This document shows, piece by piece, positions 27,449-42,048 of a stretch of 64,000 nt of DNA (positions within the stretch are counted from its first letter, which is position 1; each line of letters starts with the position of its first letter). The stretch comes from Eledone cirrhosa (taxonomy: Eukaryota). The notes under the pieces are model-generated. The model was not told where the DNA came from and ran no database searches. It saw only the letters and a program-made list of their open reading frames with translations. The stretch is taken from positions 189,100,001 to 189,164,000 of the forward strand of contig OZ024740.1 of assembly GCA_964016885.1 (NCBI GenBank). Direction: 5' to 3'. A program made the position numbers and the translations under genes.

Positions 27449-30228
27449 ATTAGAATTGGCTCTTAGTACAACTGCAAAATTATAAAATACACCATAATGT
27501 ATATGATTGAATTAATTTTGTATTCTAATTGAGAGAACATGCGCAGTTCTAACTATATTGACATCTACAGAAATCATGTTATATTATAATTACAACCCTT
27601 CAGGTTTCAGACTTACATTTTCTCAATTAGAGTGTTCACTCAATAATTGTTTTTTTAACAATAATAGAAAATGTCCTTATATAAAATTAGTTTATATGCA
27701 TTATTGTTATATCAAATTTGTATATCGTGAGTGTGCTATTTAATATAAATTCTTTTAAAATGTTCTGCATTCTTTCCATATACAACTTACTATGGTGTAA
27801 GTATATTCACCTTTACATGTTTCAACCTATTTGCTGTGGCCATGATGATGCAAAACCATTATATAAAATTAATTTATATACATTTGTGCACTGCCAATAT
27901 ATAGAATTAATTTATACACTCTTTGAATATTATGCGTGATTTCCCTTTAAGGAATATTCTCTAAAATCTTTGAATATTTTCAACCAATGAACACCATCAT
28001 TATGATATATTAATATATTAAATATCAAATGATACATATTATATAAAAAATATATAATATTTATTTATAAATAGTATATATTATATTATTTATTACATAT
28101 GAATTAACAATTTTACTTATTACATATTATTTACAATTTGCGTGAAGGTACATCTCTCTGGAAATAGTGGTGTGGGGCGCTGAGGGTATTGCATGGCTGT
28201 GAGAGGGGCGGTGGCCCAAAAGATTTGAGAACCTATGGTGTAAAGTCTGTTAAAAACAGTCAAACAAACAAGTTTCCAATTTCCTTTCTGTATTCGTTTA
28301 TCTGCTTTATATTTTATCATCTTCTGTTTTCTTTCTCTGTCTTTTACTTTAGACTTTTTGTTCCCTGCTCCTTATATTTAGTACCTATATATGTTTCTGT
28401 CTACCTTTGATCCTCTGAGTTCATGATAAATGAAAATCTAAAAGCCTAAGGTCTGTCACAAGCCTGGAGGTACATCAGGCGGGTGCGTATCCTAGTTTTC
28501 ATGATGGGAAGTGACTGAGAGTAGAAAACTTCCCCCTGGACAGGATACTAGACCAATGTTGGGTTAAGCACAAAGCTACTGCTGGTACTCATTTTCAGCT
28601 GAGTATACTGAAGCAATATGAAATGAAGTGTTTTGCTCAAGATCACAGCACAAAACCCAGGACAGGAATTGAACTTACAACATTATAATCGTAAGTCCCA
28701 TGTGTCTTCACATAGATGTAAATCCTCATTCTAAAATATAGATTAATCAATATATGGGAGTCTTTTTTTTACAGTAAAGTAGCAAAGATAACAATCTACC
28801 ATTTAACTTGGGTGGTAGATTTAAACCCATCAACCGGTCTAAAACTACCTCTATCATGACCTAGCCATTTGGTGCCTTTAGCAGTGCACATTTTATTGTA
28901 AGCATCTGTGGCAGATCTGTAATCTATGATTATCTTTCTCTCTCCAACCATTATTAGAGGCTCTGAAAAGAATGATGGACGTTGTGCCTCCTTCCCTTTC
29001 TAAATACTAAAAAAAACAAAAAACAAGATAACAACTATGACCTTTATCCTATTTATTCTATTTCTCTCTCTCATTTAACAATATATAGCAATCAAGAAGG
29101 ATTAAAAAAATTAAAATATAAAATGAAAAACACACAAAAAAACAAATATATTTATTTGCATTTTTTTTCTATCTAAATGCTATGAAGACATTAGTCATAT
29201 TTTTGTAAGTACTTTATAATTATGGAAAACAAGATTAATTTGTTCTTATACAACCATTTCTTCAGTTCTTCAGCCAAACTGTGAAAGCTGTATTCATTAA
29301 CATTCTTATGCTGATTTATTGTAATTCTATTGTCTTATTCAATTGAAGTTATTTATGGGCCAGGTAAAAAAAAGAATCTTTTCAAGGAAAAAAAAAAAAA
29401 ATTAAGATTAAAATGAATCTTGCAACTATTTTAAAACATTAAATTTAGGCAGAAAAAATATTAATGAAAAATTAATTTAGAGAAATGCATATCTGTATAT
29501 CTGTGAAATGTTCAACTAACAGTTATGTATGACAACAATAGTGTATCAAGACCACTCTATTTGAATAAGGATGTAAAAATAATTCTGAAATTAAAGATTA
29601 AAAACACACACACCCACCCACACACATATGAATATATATATATCATCATAATAATTATCATCATCATCTTGTTTATTTTTCTATGTAGACATGGGTAATT
29701 TAGGCTGTTTTGCAAGGAAGTTTTAGAGTTATACTTAACATTTTATCATGGCACTAGCAATAGTGAGGTCATAGACACAGCTAGGGCTGGATTTAAACCT
29801 TAAGGCTGCCCCTCATACACACATTTATATATCAATGTAATTGAAATTGAAAAGTTATACAGGTATTAAATTCATAAAATCTAACCATCATCATTTTAAG
29901 GTCACTTTCCACACTGGCATGCTTTGGACAGGCTGTCACCATCCGGAACTTGACATAATCTTGCTCAAATCTTGCCAAAGTTGACTTTGTTTTACATCCT
30001 TAAGGGGTCAATAAAATAAAGTACCAGTAATGCACTCAGGTGTATTTAATTGACTTTCCCCTCCTTCAAATTGTTGTCCCCATGCCTAAATCAGAAACCA
30101 TTATTTACATATAAATACATATGCACACAAATACAAAGCATGTATATATAAATGCATGCACACACACACTCACTCTCACACACATATATATATATATATG
30201 TGCGTGTGTGTATACATATATATATACA

Positions 30229-30270
<42 letters not shown>

Positions 30271-30323
30271 TATGTGAGTTTACGAGTATGTGTATGTGTA
30301 TCTATACATATATGTACACACAT

Positions 30324-30365
<42 letters not shown>

Positions 30366-30729
30366 GCATACGTGTATGTGTTAAAGTATGTTTCAAGTAT
30401 TGAGTTTTTTGTAAAGAAGAGAGAAAACTTGTGAAACGACTGTTATATAATATTTATCTATTTCTAATGCATCTTCACTGAATAAAATGGAAAATATTTC
30501 TTTGAGTGGTAAAATTGATGTTTTTTGCTTTTAACAAACGTACATCACTGTGTAGGACATGTAGAAGACTATTTTTTAAAGAAAACTTAAGTGAAAAATA
30601 AACAAGAAAAGTGATAGTTTATATATATATAGTAATTTTATATTTCTTTCCATATTAAAAAGAATGTTTTATAGGTGATCGAGATAGAAAATATGTCAGA
30701 ATTATTGTACTTTATTGATATTATATGCA

Positions 30730-30783
<54 letters not shown>

Positions 30784-30877
30784 AATACATATGTATGCTT
30801 GTATGTATGTGTATATGTATATTATGTGTGTGTATATACATCTGTGTGTGTGTGTGTGTGTGGAGGGGGTCTATATA

Positions 30878-30934
30878 TACTCTTTTACTCTTTTCCCTGT
30901 TCCGGCTGTCCGGCTGAGGCCATGCTGGGGCACC
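30878..30934 (-). mobile_element. Short CR1-type retroposon 3' tail in (TA)n
   Basis: Minus GGTGCCCCAGCATGGCCTCAGCC..GGAACAGGGAAAAGAGTAAAAGAGTA, similar to the 3' UTR at 13360-13405. Confidence 0.6.
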
Positions 30935-30939
30935 GTATG

Positions 30940-31002
<63 letters not shown>

Positions 31003-31289
31003 GTATATGTATATATGCACACACACATACATATATATGTGTATATGTATATGTATATATGCACACACACCCACACACATACATATATATATGTATATAT
31101 GCATATATACATGTATAAGTCTTTATGCACCCCCCCCCCCACACACACACTCATATATATATACATACATATGCATATGCATATATATATGTATATATGT
31201 ATGTAAAAGGTAAACAAAAATAACAACACAATCGGTACAGTATATGGAAGGTATATATTAGATTAACGCTTGCCATAGCAGGAAGAGGG

Positions 31290-31325
31290 TCTTAACGTTT
31301 CGAACGCTAGTCCTTCATCAGAAGA
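31290..31325 (-). ncRNA. Minimal hammerhead motif (PLE type)
   Basis: TCTT-CTGATGA-AGGAC TAGC GTTC-GAAA-CG-TT/AAGA; palindromic AACGTT. Confidence 0.6.
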
Positions 31326-31415
31326 AAGAATGATAAATAAAATAGATTAAGGGGACTGGCGGGATGGAATTGGAAAAATGTATTTAGATAAAAAAAAAAA
31401 TATATATACTTACAG

Positions 31416-31494
<79 letters not shown>

Positions 31495-31524
31495 AATATA
31501 ATGTATAAAAATCAATACAATATA

Positions 31525-31602
31525 ATTACCTCATTACCAGAGGTTTCCCGAATGAGGCGAATACGAAAGAAACGTCTTCATTCGTTCGTCAGACGAGGCA
31601 AT
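31525..31602 (-). ncRNA. Type-I hammerhead ribozyme, GUA site
   Basis: ATTGCCTCGT-CTGACGA-aCGAATGA..TCATTCGg-GAAA-CC TCT GG-TA/ATGAGGTAAT; 10-bp stem I, 7-bp or longer stem II, closed stem III. Confidence 0.78.
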
Positions 31603-31976
31603 ATAAAACATGGGTAAATACTTGGAAAGTCTCGTCAAAAAAATAAAAAAAACGATATAGACAAATGAATTAAAAAATGAAATATATAATAATCTTTCAA
31701 GAAATATAGTTAGGTGTGTGTATATGTATGTATATACGCTCACAGATGTGCATATATGTGTATGCACATATGTATACGTATAGTGAAAAAGTGTGCGTCA
31801 ATATAAAAAAAGTGTGCGTAAATATAAATATATATATATATATATATGCAAAGTTTTATTTAAATTGTTGGGTTACAACGAGTAAATATTTATAACTGAT
31901 ATAAAAGCACTCAACAAGTATTTGGAGTATATTTACGATATTAAATAAATGGAAACTATATTTATAAAACCATATT

Positions 31977-32042
31977 TATTTCATTATATATATTTCAGGG
32001 ATATCATATTAAAAATATGGTATGCCTTCATCAGACAAAATA
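31977..32042 (-). ncRNA. Type-I hammerhead ribozyme (mirror copy)
   Basis: Exact reverse complement of 32171-32236. Confidence 0.78.
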
Positions 32043-32170
32043 CAATATAAACAGTCTTATAAATAGATAGATTTGACATACCTTACACTTCAACTTCAAA
32101 TCAACTTTTTAAATGGAAGTTGAAGTGTAAGGTATGTCAAATCTATCTATTTATAAGACTGTTTATATTG

Positions 32171-32236
32171 TATTTTGTCTGATGAAGGCATACCATATTT
32201 TTAATATGATATCCCTGAAATATATATAATGAAATA
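32171..32236 (+). ncRNA. Type-I hammerhead ribozyme
   Basis: TATTTTGT-CTGATGA-AGGcATAcCATATT..AATATGaTATcCCT-GAAA-TATATA-TA/ATGAAATA. Confidence 0.78.
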
Positions 32237-32277
32237 AATATGGTTTTATAAATATAGTTTCGATTTATTTAATATCG

Positions 32278-32308
<31 letters not shown>

Positions 32309-32334
32309 TTACGCACACTTTTTTATATTTACGC

Positions 32335-33051
<717 letters not shown>

Positions 33052-33074
33052 TATATATATATATATATATAGTA

Positions 33075-33106
<32 letters not shown>

Positions 33107-33126
33107 TTATATATATATATACGCGT

Positions 33127-33186
<60 letters not shown>

Positions 33187-33424
33187 ACGCGTGTGTGTGT
33201 GTATACATTTCACTTTTACGAATTAGGTATTGTAATATTTTAATGTAACTCTCTTTTATGCCTTAAATTATGCCATTCATTGATAAGTAGAATAAATAAG
33301 TAAACTTTTTATAGGTTGACGAAGTTTAAATAAAGCCTCGTCATCGTCAACTTGTCATTATCGTGATCCTGACTATAATCATTCCAACCTCCATTTTCAT
33401 AATCACTGTTATCGTCTGTTTCTT

Positions 33425-34490
33425 TGCCATTGGATTTGCAGAATCGGTAGAGGGTCGGACACATTTGCTTTCCAGCATAGTTACGTCCCTTTACGGCTTG
33501 AGTTCAAATCCCACCAAGTTTAACTTTGCCTTTCATCCTTACGCGGTCGATGAAATAAAGTACCAGTAACACACTGGGATAATTGCTGATCTTGTGCCAA
33601 AAGTAGAAACAATTAATTATTATCCTTATGGGGTTGATACAGTAAAGTACCAGTCATACACTGGAGTTGATTTAATCGACCCCCCCCCCCCCCAAAAAAA
33701 AAAATATTATTGGCCTTGTGCCTAAATCAGAAACGATTGCCGAGGTTAACTTTGCCTTTCATCCTTACGGGGTCGATAAAATAAAGTACCAGTAATACAC
33801 TGGATTATTGCTGGTCTTGTGCCTAACGTAGAAACAATTATTATTGTTATTGGCAGTATAGGTAGAGGGTCGGACGCCATGCTTTGACGTATAGAGTTAC
33901 GGCCCTTGCCATTCTGAGTTCAAATCCCGCCGAGGTTAACTTTGCCTTTCATCCTTACGGGTTCGATAAAATAAAGTACCAGTAATGCACTGGTTAATTG
34001 CTGGCCTTGTGCCAAAAAGTAGAAACAATTATTATTGTTATTATTCAGTTGTCATACTTCGCGGCGTAGAGCAACGGCCCTTTACGCTCTGAGTTCAAAT
34101 CCCACCGATGTTAACTTTGCCTTTCATCCTTACGAGGTCGATAAAATAAAGTACCAGTAATGTACTGGTATTTGCTGGCCTTGTGCCAAAAGTAGAAACA
34201 ATTATTATTATTATTCAGTGCATTACTGGTGCTTTATTATTTCGAACTCTTAATGATGAAAATCAAAGCTAACCTCGGCGGGATTTGAAATCAGAATGTA
34301 AAGGGCCGTAACTCTGTTGTTACAGCTCCCAGAATCGATTGAGCACCAGCCAAAACTTACTGTTATTTAGTTACTTCCCTTTAGATTCTGAGTTCAAATT
34401 TTGCCAAGGATGACTTTGCTGGTTATCAATTACTGAGGTAAATTAAACTGACCAAATTATTTTCCCCAGAATACTTGACCTTTTATCTAA
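33425..34490. mobile_element. Cluster of 6 or more full and partial SINE family 1 copies
   Basis: Repeated TTTGCCTTTCATCCTTACG..GATAAAATAAAGTACCAG units; one inverted copy at 34216-34315. Confidence 0.9.
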
Positions 34491-35050
34491 ACTAGCAGCA
34501 GCAGCAGCAACAACAACTACTACTACATCATCATCATCACCATTATTATTATTATTATTATTGAAATGAAGATTTTATACGTTTTGTTTCTTTGAACTCT
34601 ATTATGATCTCAAGAGATATAGCCGTATGTTTTCTTTTTAATATCGAAATATGAAGACAAGTCTAAGTGAATTGTCTAGAGCGAGCCATATTATATGTTT
34701 ACCTGAGATTTATAGATTTTAACATTTGGGAATGTCTGAAGATTTAATATCTTCTTGTTGGTATGATGTTAAATATGTGAAGTCGATGTGACAGATATAT
34801 TTGGTAATGACAAAAATATTTTCTGCGTGTAACAAGAAAAAATATTAAAAAAAAACAAGACTGTAGAAAGAAGTCGTTGTTATTGTTGTTTTGTCCTGAG
34901 TCATCTCTGATCAAACGGACTTATTTTTCAGATTTTATTTTTATTTTCATGACTACATTAACTAATTATTTTTAGTTTTATAAGACGATAAAATGTGAAT
35001 TTAGTAAGATTTGGCTACTATTTTTAGCTGAGTGAATGGATCCTTTATTT

Positions 35051-35229
35051 GTTGTTTCTATTTTAGGCACAAGGCCAGCAATTTATCCAGTACATTACTG
35101 GTACTTTATTTTATCGACCCCGTAAGGACGAAAGGCAAAGTTAACCTCGGCTGGATTTGAACTCAGATCGTAAAGGGACGTAACAATGCTGGAAAGCATG
35201 TCCGACCCTCTACCGATACTGTCAATTCC
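35051..35229 (-). mobile_element. SINE family 1
   Basis: Reverse-complement copy. Confidence 0.9.
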
Positions 35230-35824
35230 CCTTGATAATTGTGATAGGATTGTGAAACCATATATAAGCGAAGCATTATGAAAGCCGCTTAAAGGGCCCA
35301 CAAAAATGTCTGAACAACAATGAGTGGGATATGAGTCATTACATGTGATGATGTTGTTGTTCTTAATCTGTAAAGCAGTTTTGTTCGAGCAGGCATTTGA
35401 TTAATGGCGTCTTAGCCGTGACAACCTCATCGTTTTTCTATCTCGGCTACTCCGTATAATGTGGTTCTTCATTTTTGTTTTTAGAGATAATAGTGTGTGA
35501 TTTTAGGATGATTTGACACTCCCAGTTATATATTATGATATATTCAAGGGCAATAAGGTCACCTTTAATTACCTGACGAAGCTTTTAGGTTAGGTATTAA
35601 TCAGCCTGGGCCAGAGGTAAAATTTAGGTCTCCGAAGCAGGTAAAAGAGCCAGGCCGGATGTGAAATATAAACCTCGACTTCAAATTGCGCAATGTAAGG
35701 GTTACAGGTTTATGCATGTATAAGAAATGTATGTAATTTGCTTACAAATACTAGAATAAAATAAACTAACTAGGACTTGAGGGGAGTACGACTTTCCCCT
35801 CACCCAAATTGCTGGCCTTGTGCC

Positions 35825-35869
<45 letters not shown>

Positions 35870-37685
35870 GATAAGTCCCTACACAGTTTTCGTGTTAAGC
35901 AGAAACTAGAGTAGAAGACATTCACACAAGATGCCACGCAGTGGGATCAAACCTGGAATCACCTGTTTGTGAAACAAACTTTTTAGCAACACAGCGAAGC
36001 CAAGAGCACAAAAAACACATCAAAAATAAACAACTGCAGTTAATATTATGTACTTTTGTAAGATATGTAGTACAGATCATAAGGTATGCAATTTAGACAA
36101 AACTATAAACTCGATTCATGCCACCGTCATTATTTCTGCTACTTAGAAACCCCACGTTTGTGAAAGTTACCTGAAGGCTGTCGTTTTTCCTTCATTCTCT
36201 CCACGTTTTCAAGTGGTATTAGAAGTTGATGATTATTGCATTGAAGAAAAAAAACCCAAAAAACCTATCGCTTTTTACTACTGTAGCCACTGTGTAGTAA
36301 AGATATAACATTAGAAAAAGGTAAACAAAAATTTAGTTGTGCGTTACGTTATCTGAATGTAAAAATAATATCGCAACGATATAGAAATGTGAAAAGAGAT
36401 AAAAAAAAACAAAAACAATTATTATTCTTCAGCCTGAAGTGGCTCTTTGCAAGCAAGACATTTAGTCTATCGTATAGATCATATAAGTAATAATTTCAAT
36501 ATGAACGGCTCTGAGTAAATAAATAATAATAAAATAGTCGCAGTGTTCTGTCTTCTGTATCTTACTTCATAATAATCTATACACACGAGAAGAAAACATT
36601 CGCAATATTCGCTTGAATGTCATAAAAGATTTACCATAACATTCTTCTCAAATATATACATACATCTATATGTAGGTAATTTTACTAGAAGCACTGGATG
36701 GAAGTTTTGCAAAAGGTTGGATATATAGCCATAACTATATTCCATTATACTAGGGTTATTTATTTAATTAGATATCGAAGTGATGAAACTAAAATGTTGA
36801 TTTAGGTAGCTGCTTTTCACGTGCATTTGATTTCATTCTCTGTAACATTAATTCCTTCATATTTCGTTCCGGCTATACTTATCAACATTCAATAAATCAT
36901 TTTGTATATCTCTATTGATAGAATGAGTAATCTTCTCTTATTCTTCTCTTTTAAGGATAGATTAACATCTTCAAACGTCCTTCAATTGTCACCTTCATTT
37001 TTTCGTATATTGCAGGCGTCACTTCTTTCGTATTTTGCCCCCTTTATTCTTTTGTTTTTGTATAAGCTATTCACGAAGGACATGGCTTAAACATTACGCT
37101 GTTCAGTCCATTCTCGGTAGTGTATTTTATCCTTGAGCAGGACGCTTTATTTCATGTTACTTAAGTCCACTTAGCTGTCAAAATAACTTGTGCTTGTACT
37201 TCAAATAGCCAGCCAGCCTTGTCGGACGTTGTGTCTCAAGGAATAACATCGAAAACTTCGTTATGGGTGTATATGTCTGCGGAATGCTCAGTTAATTTCT
37301 CTGGTAAGCTGTTCTGTTTTTCGAACAACTAGAAGACACCTCCAGTAATAACAATGAAAGCTTTTAGAACTCTTCTATATATCAATCAAGGTGTCCATTC
37401 TTAATGTTATTAATATTTACATACATTATAGCTAGGGCCGCTTTAATGAATTAAGTCAGATTGTCCATTCAGCGATTTACAATTGAAAACACTCTTTACA
37501 ATTTAACGCCCTCAATCTCTTTACCATATTTTTATGTCATCAGATAATCGCTGCCTCGTTAGGTATCATATATGGGTTTAGTAAATCTTATTCTTTTTTT
37601 CTTGTCTTATATATTTCTCACCAAGCTCATGGCTGACGCATTTATATATTCCATTTTTGTCATATTTAAATCACATATTTCTCTT

Positions 37686-38130
37686 TCAGATGATGCTTTT
37701 AAAAATTGTTTTTCCTGTTTCGTACCTCTTCATACAATGGATTATATTTAATTTGTCCGGTCTTCTGAAAGAGTGGGTACGGGCATACCACCGGGTCTTA
37801 AAATTATTGGAAGTCATGCCGATGTAAGTCTTTTTGTTGTTGCTATCATCGGTGCCTAAGATGACATCACATTTGTATACGATGTCATTTGTCAGGCATT
37901 TGTTTTCAAGTGGGCAGGCTTCCTGATTTAGGCAATTGCACAAGGCTTCAGTCCGGGGATTGTGTTCGGAGGTAGTTGGCTTATTGATTTTTTTAAATTG
38001 AGATTGGCTATATTCCTAGCTAGGTTAGGTGTAGTGGAGTAGGAGAGTCTTATTGTGTTCTTATTGAAGGCGGTGTAGTACCTATGTTGTATGGGGAAGT
38101 GTGTGTTCAGCAAAGTGAAGAAAGTCCTAG
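37686..38130 (-). pseudogene. Penelope-like element, RT-thumb end plus GIY-YIG endonuclease (Naiad-type CxCx5C)
   Basis: FFTLLNTHFP..FNKNTIRLSYSTTPN, then after a frameshift CNCLNQEACPLENKCL..IVYKC..TYIGMTSNNFKTRW. Confidence 0.85.
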
Positions 38131-38412
38131 CTATATATATATATATATATATATTAAAATAACAGATTAAAATTTAAGCAAAGAATCGCTGCTTTCACCC
38201 TTAACGGGATCTTCTGAAACAAAAAAAATCAATCCGTGAACGCAGAAGTAAATATTTCGAAAAACGTTGCAACCGAAGGAAAACAGGAAGACGATACTTT
38301 GGTTCGTGAAGACGTTCCCTGGCAATGAACCGAAATAAGCAAAGATAATACGTCAGCAATAAGAACAATATTTGCTCTAGGGTTCTTATATATTTGATAT
38401 ATATTTATCCTT

Positions 38413-38500
<88 letters not shown>

Positions 38501-40541
38501 TTTCCATTTACTGAATTTGACTTACATTGGTCAATCTGAGTCTTTAGTAGAGAAACATGTACCCATCAGTGCGACTGACTGAACTCCAAACTATATAATT
38601 GTGAAGTGAATGCCTTAACCCTAGAGCCATGCCTGTATCTACTAATGTACAATTCTTGCAATCGTTTCTAGTTTTGTAAAAGGCACATAGGTAGTTGTAA
38701 CACTTTCTATGACAGTTAAGAAGAAAAACCACCCGGAATGTTCTGCTATTTGATCTTTGAACACAATATAATACGATAGTATTCTGACTTAACAACCTTG
38801 AGTAGAATTACATCGGTGTGCTTGGCTCTCATTCTCAGTGTAACGCCAACAGCTTTATGATTGCCAAAACTGTGTATATCCTAATAAAGACGTCTTTATA
38901 TTTATCCAAAGCCAAATGAGTATATAGATTAACAACCTGATGTAGCTACACTGTAATCACTATATATATATATATATATATAGGATTGGAATCCAGTAAA
39001 TGGATGAACCCTTTTCATATGCGCACACACTTTTTATATGCCGTAAGTTTATTCGCATTTTCTACACATCATTCAATCTGTGTTTCTCTTTCGCTATATC
39101 TGCAAGAAATTGGTTGTAGCGAATAAGAGTATACGTTTATACACACCTACATACACAAAGAGATATGATAATGCATTTATGAACAGCACGAAAACGCGTA
39201 TCGGTTGATAGATTCTGTGCTTCGTTGTTTGTATAGATTGCATTGCAATCTCCCCCACCCTTTTAGTTCTTGTAACAAATAAGGAAATTTCTTTTTTCTT
39301 TGTCTTCTTTCTTGTCTTCTTCTTCTTCTTCTTCTTCTTCATAAAATACAAGAAATAACAACCTTCTATTTTGAAATTAAGAAATCATAAGGATATAATA
39401 ATCAAGACCCCCCCCCCCCCCCATTAGCATCAATTAATTGAAGTATTTTAAAATTTAAGGTGACAATTAAAAGCTATCTGTGCAATGCTAAATATATCAG
39501 TCAAATTCCTAATTTATGGGCGTATAAAATCTGGCAGAGATAACGTCATGCTAGCGATAATTAAACCCTCTTTAAGTGGCCAGGGAGGGGAGAAGATGGA
39601 GGGAAGAAGAAACTTAGTGTCAAATGTATTTATTTATATCAATCTTGTACTCTCTTTCTCTTAAGCTGTGCCCTTTTTTTATATTTCGCATATTTCCCTC
39701 TTTCAGCTCTTTCATTTTGGGTTTTTACCATCTTCTTTGAAGCGAAAGAACCGCCAATAAAAATTATGGCGGCTGGAGGGGAGGCTCTGAAAACTTGATG
39801 AGGAATAGTTGTTCTTATGTTGTTGTAATATGTGTCGTTGTTGTTTCTTTGTTACTGTAAATGGCTTTATAGAATGGAGTATTTGTCAGGTTAGTTCCCT
39901 ACAGCTACATTAAATATAAGCTGATTTTGAATTTTATATATTTAATACTAAATATCAGTAAACAATATAAGTATGACTCGCTTATAACTAGAGCAACAAG
40001 AACAAATGTAAATGTTCAACACCTTTTGATTCATTCGGCACTATTTGCACCGAAGTAAATTCACTGAGGTATGATGTACTATTGCAGTGCCCACTACCCT
40101 TGGCGCCTTAAGTACGCACGTATTTTGCTTAATAGTTATTCCAGCCGTTTGTACTACTAAAAGTTTTGAGACAGCTAAAGTAAGAAGAAAATAGAATGAA
40201 TCATGAAAATAAAGCTTTTATTTAGAGACAAACAAAATCTTCTAAAATTCTCTTCAATCTTAATAAATCTCAATAAACCAACCAAGCAACAAATAAACCA
40301 ACATACAAAACAGTATATTGCCATTATTGATAAAACATGAAAAATACATTATTAGAATCTAGTAACTTCAGGGTGAATTGGCAATGTGTTTACTTTGTAA
40401 TAAGGCGCAGCTTAGTTGTTTTATTTATTTATTTTAGTATTAGTTACGATAACATAAAATGATATGAAAAAAAAATCATATATTATATATTTGCTGTCTT
40501 TTTTGTCTCTTTCTCTCAACGATTCGCTGTTTTCAATTTAG

Positions 40542-40584
<43 letters not shown>

Positions 40585-41520
40585 CCGCTCAATTGAAAAT
40601 ATATATAGAGAATCGGTTAGTGAAAGAGACAAAAAAAAGCATGAATAAATAAAAATCTATCAAGTTTCTTTTAAAGTTACTTGTGGTAAAACCGTAACAA
40701 AATTGAGATAATTGATATCTTGCATGTAGGTTCATATTATGTTGTAATTGACAATATACGTTCATTGTGAAGTATTTAAAAATATTTCCTATGTTTTGTA
40801 AAAGTTGTATTGTCATTTCTTGTTGAAGTTGGACTTGGTCAAACCACTTAAACATCAAACTACATTCTTTTTAAAGCGTGTTTCATTCAGTAATTCAATA
40901 CTCTGAGATCAGGTCCTATAGAAGAAGCCAACTTTATAAAGAAGTTAATTAAGTTAAAGTCTATTCTAAGTTGAAGATTCATCTGGCCCGTGCTTATCTC
41001 TGGTTTCTTTGGAGCTAAGTGACTGAGTATAAGGGCAAGACGCCGGTCAAATCTGAAGTCTAACTCCCCAGCTACTGCTGGTACTCATCTCAGCTGGGTG
41101 CACTGGAGTAACGTGAAATAAAGTGTTTTGCTTAAGAACACAATGCAGCAGCCTCTCCAGGAATTGAACCGACAACATTATGATTACACGCCAAGAGTCA
41201 ATATAATTAGTATTCCCAATATTTTGCATTCGATGCAGATGATTTTACTATCCTAACATTTGATTATATACTTATTCCTCAAACATTGAAATTGTACAGT
41301 GTTACCCCGACCTTGCATACACCAGGGAGCTGCAACTGCTTGCGGTATGTATTTACGTTTAGGAAGAATTTAGTCGGCGAAAGGTAAATGCTTTTTCCTT
41401 TGTTGACAGTATAACGCCAGTGTGAAGAAAGTGAATTACTAAAGTTTCGAATGGCAGAATAAGCTAACAACTTATCAACGAGCTCCAACGCACTACAGTC
41501 GATTACCACCCCCCCACCTT

Positions 41521-41557
<37 letters not shown>

Positions 41558-41632
41558 TAAAATAACAGATTAAAGTTTAAGCAAAGAATCGCTGCTTTCA
41601 CCCTTAACGGGATCTTCTGAATATATATATAT

Positions 41633-42048
41633 ATATTAAAATACAAATATTAACAAAATAGATGTTCTTTTGATCAATTAAATTTTATTATACATATTTC
41701 AGAGGTACAACAGTACGTCCTCATCAGACAAAATATGATACATGACATACCCTGAGATGTTAAATGGTTAAGATTTAATCAAGGTAGTATCTTGATTAAA
41801 TCTTAACCATTTAACATCTCAGGGTATGTCATGTATCATTATATTTTGTCTGATGAGGACGTACTGTTGTACCTCTGGAATATGTATAATAACATTTAAT
41901 TAATCAAAAGAACATCTATTTTATCGATATTTGTATTTTAATATTAATAACTCTTGAAAATTTTTTTTTTTTTTATACTGTAGAGTGCTTCCAATCTACT
42001 GTAAAACCCATTCTTTGATGTACTCATTGAATCTTGTTTAACTCTTTA
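41633..42048 (+). mobile_element. Fold-back element in (TA)n (~153-bp arms, 41633-41944) plus unpaired tail; same family as 54150-54398
   Basis: Inverted arms about 93% identical, meeting near 41787. Confidence 0.85.
41682..41734 (-). ncRNA. Type-I hammerhead ribozyme (mirror copy at 41843-41895 has GAAA mutated to GGAA)
   Basis: ATTTTGT-CTGATGA-GGAcGTAC tgtt GTACcTCT-GAAA-TATGTA-TA/ATAAAAT. Confidence 0.75.

Larger units (their letters stand above)
31848..32279. mobile_element. Fold-back element in (TA)n, 164-bp arms (31934-32097 and 32116-32279), hammerhead in each arm
   Basis: Arms differ at 1 base; (TA)n on both sides. Confidence 0.85.

Noticed and set aside
25445-28240. hAT/Charlie-like ends (CAGTGGTTCCCAAA at 25445, TTTGAGAACCTATG near 28230)
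   Set aside because: Degraded, no TSD, and cannot be shown to belong to one element
33425-34210. CRISPR-like repeat array
   Set aside because: Units are SINE fragments with irregular spacing in a eukaryotic context, with no cas genes
37515-37550. CTGATGA downstream of the GIY-YIG fragment
   Set aside because: No GAAA after the stem
37686-37943. Selenocysteine recoding as reported for some Naiads
   Set aside because: The motif cysteines are ordinary Cys codons and no SECIS was recognised
41290-41410. Run of splice-like signals
   Set aside because: Implied introns of about 18-26 nt are too short; probably chance
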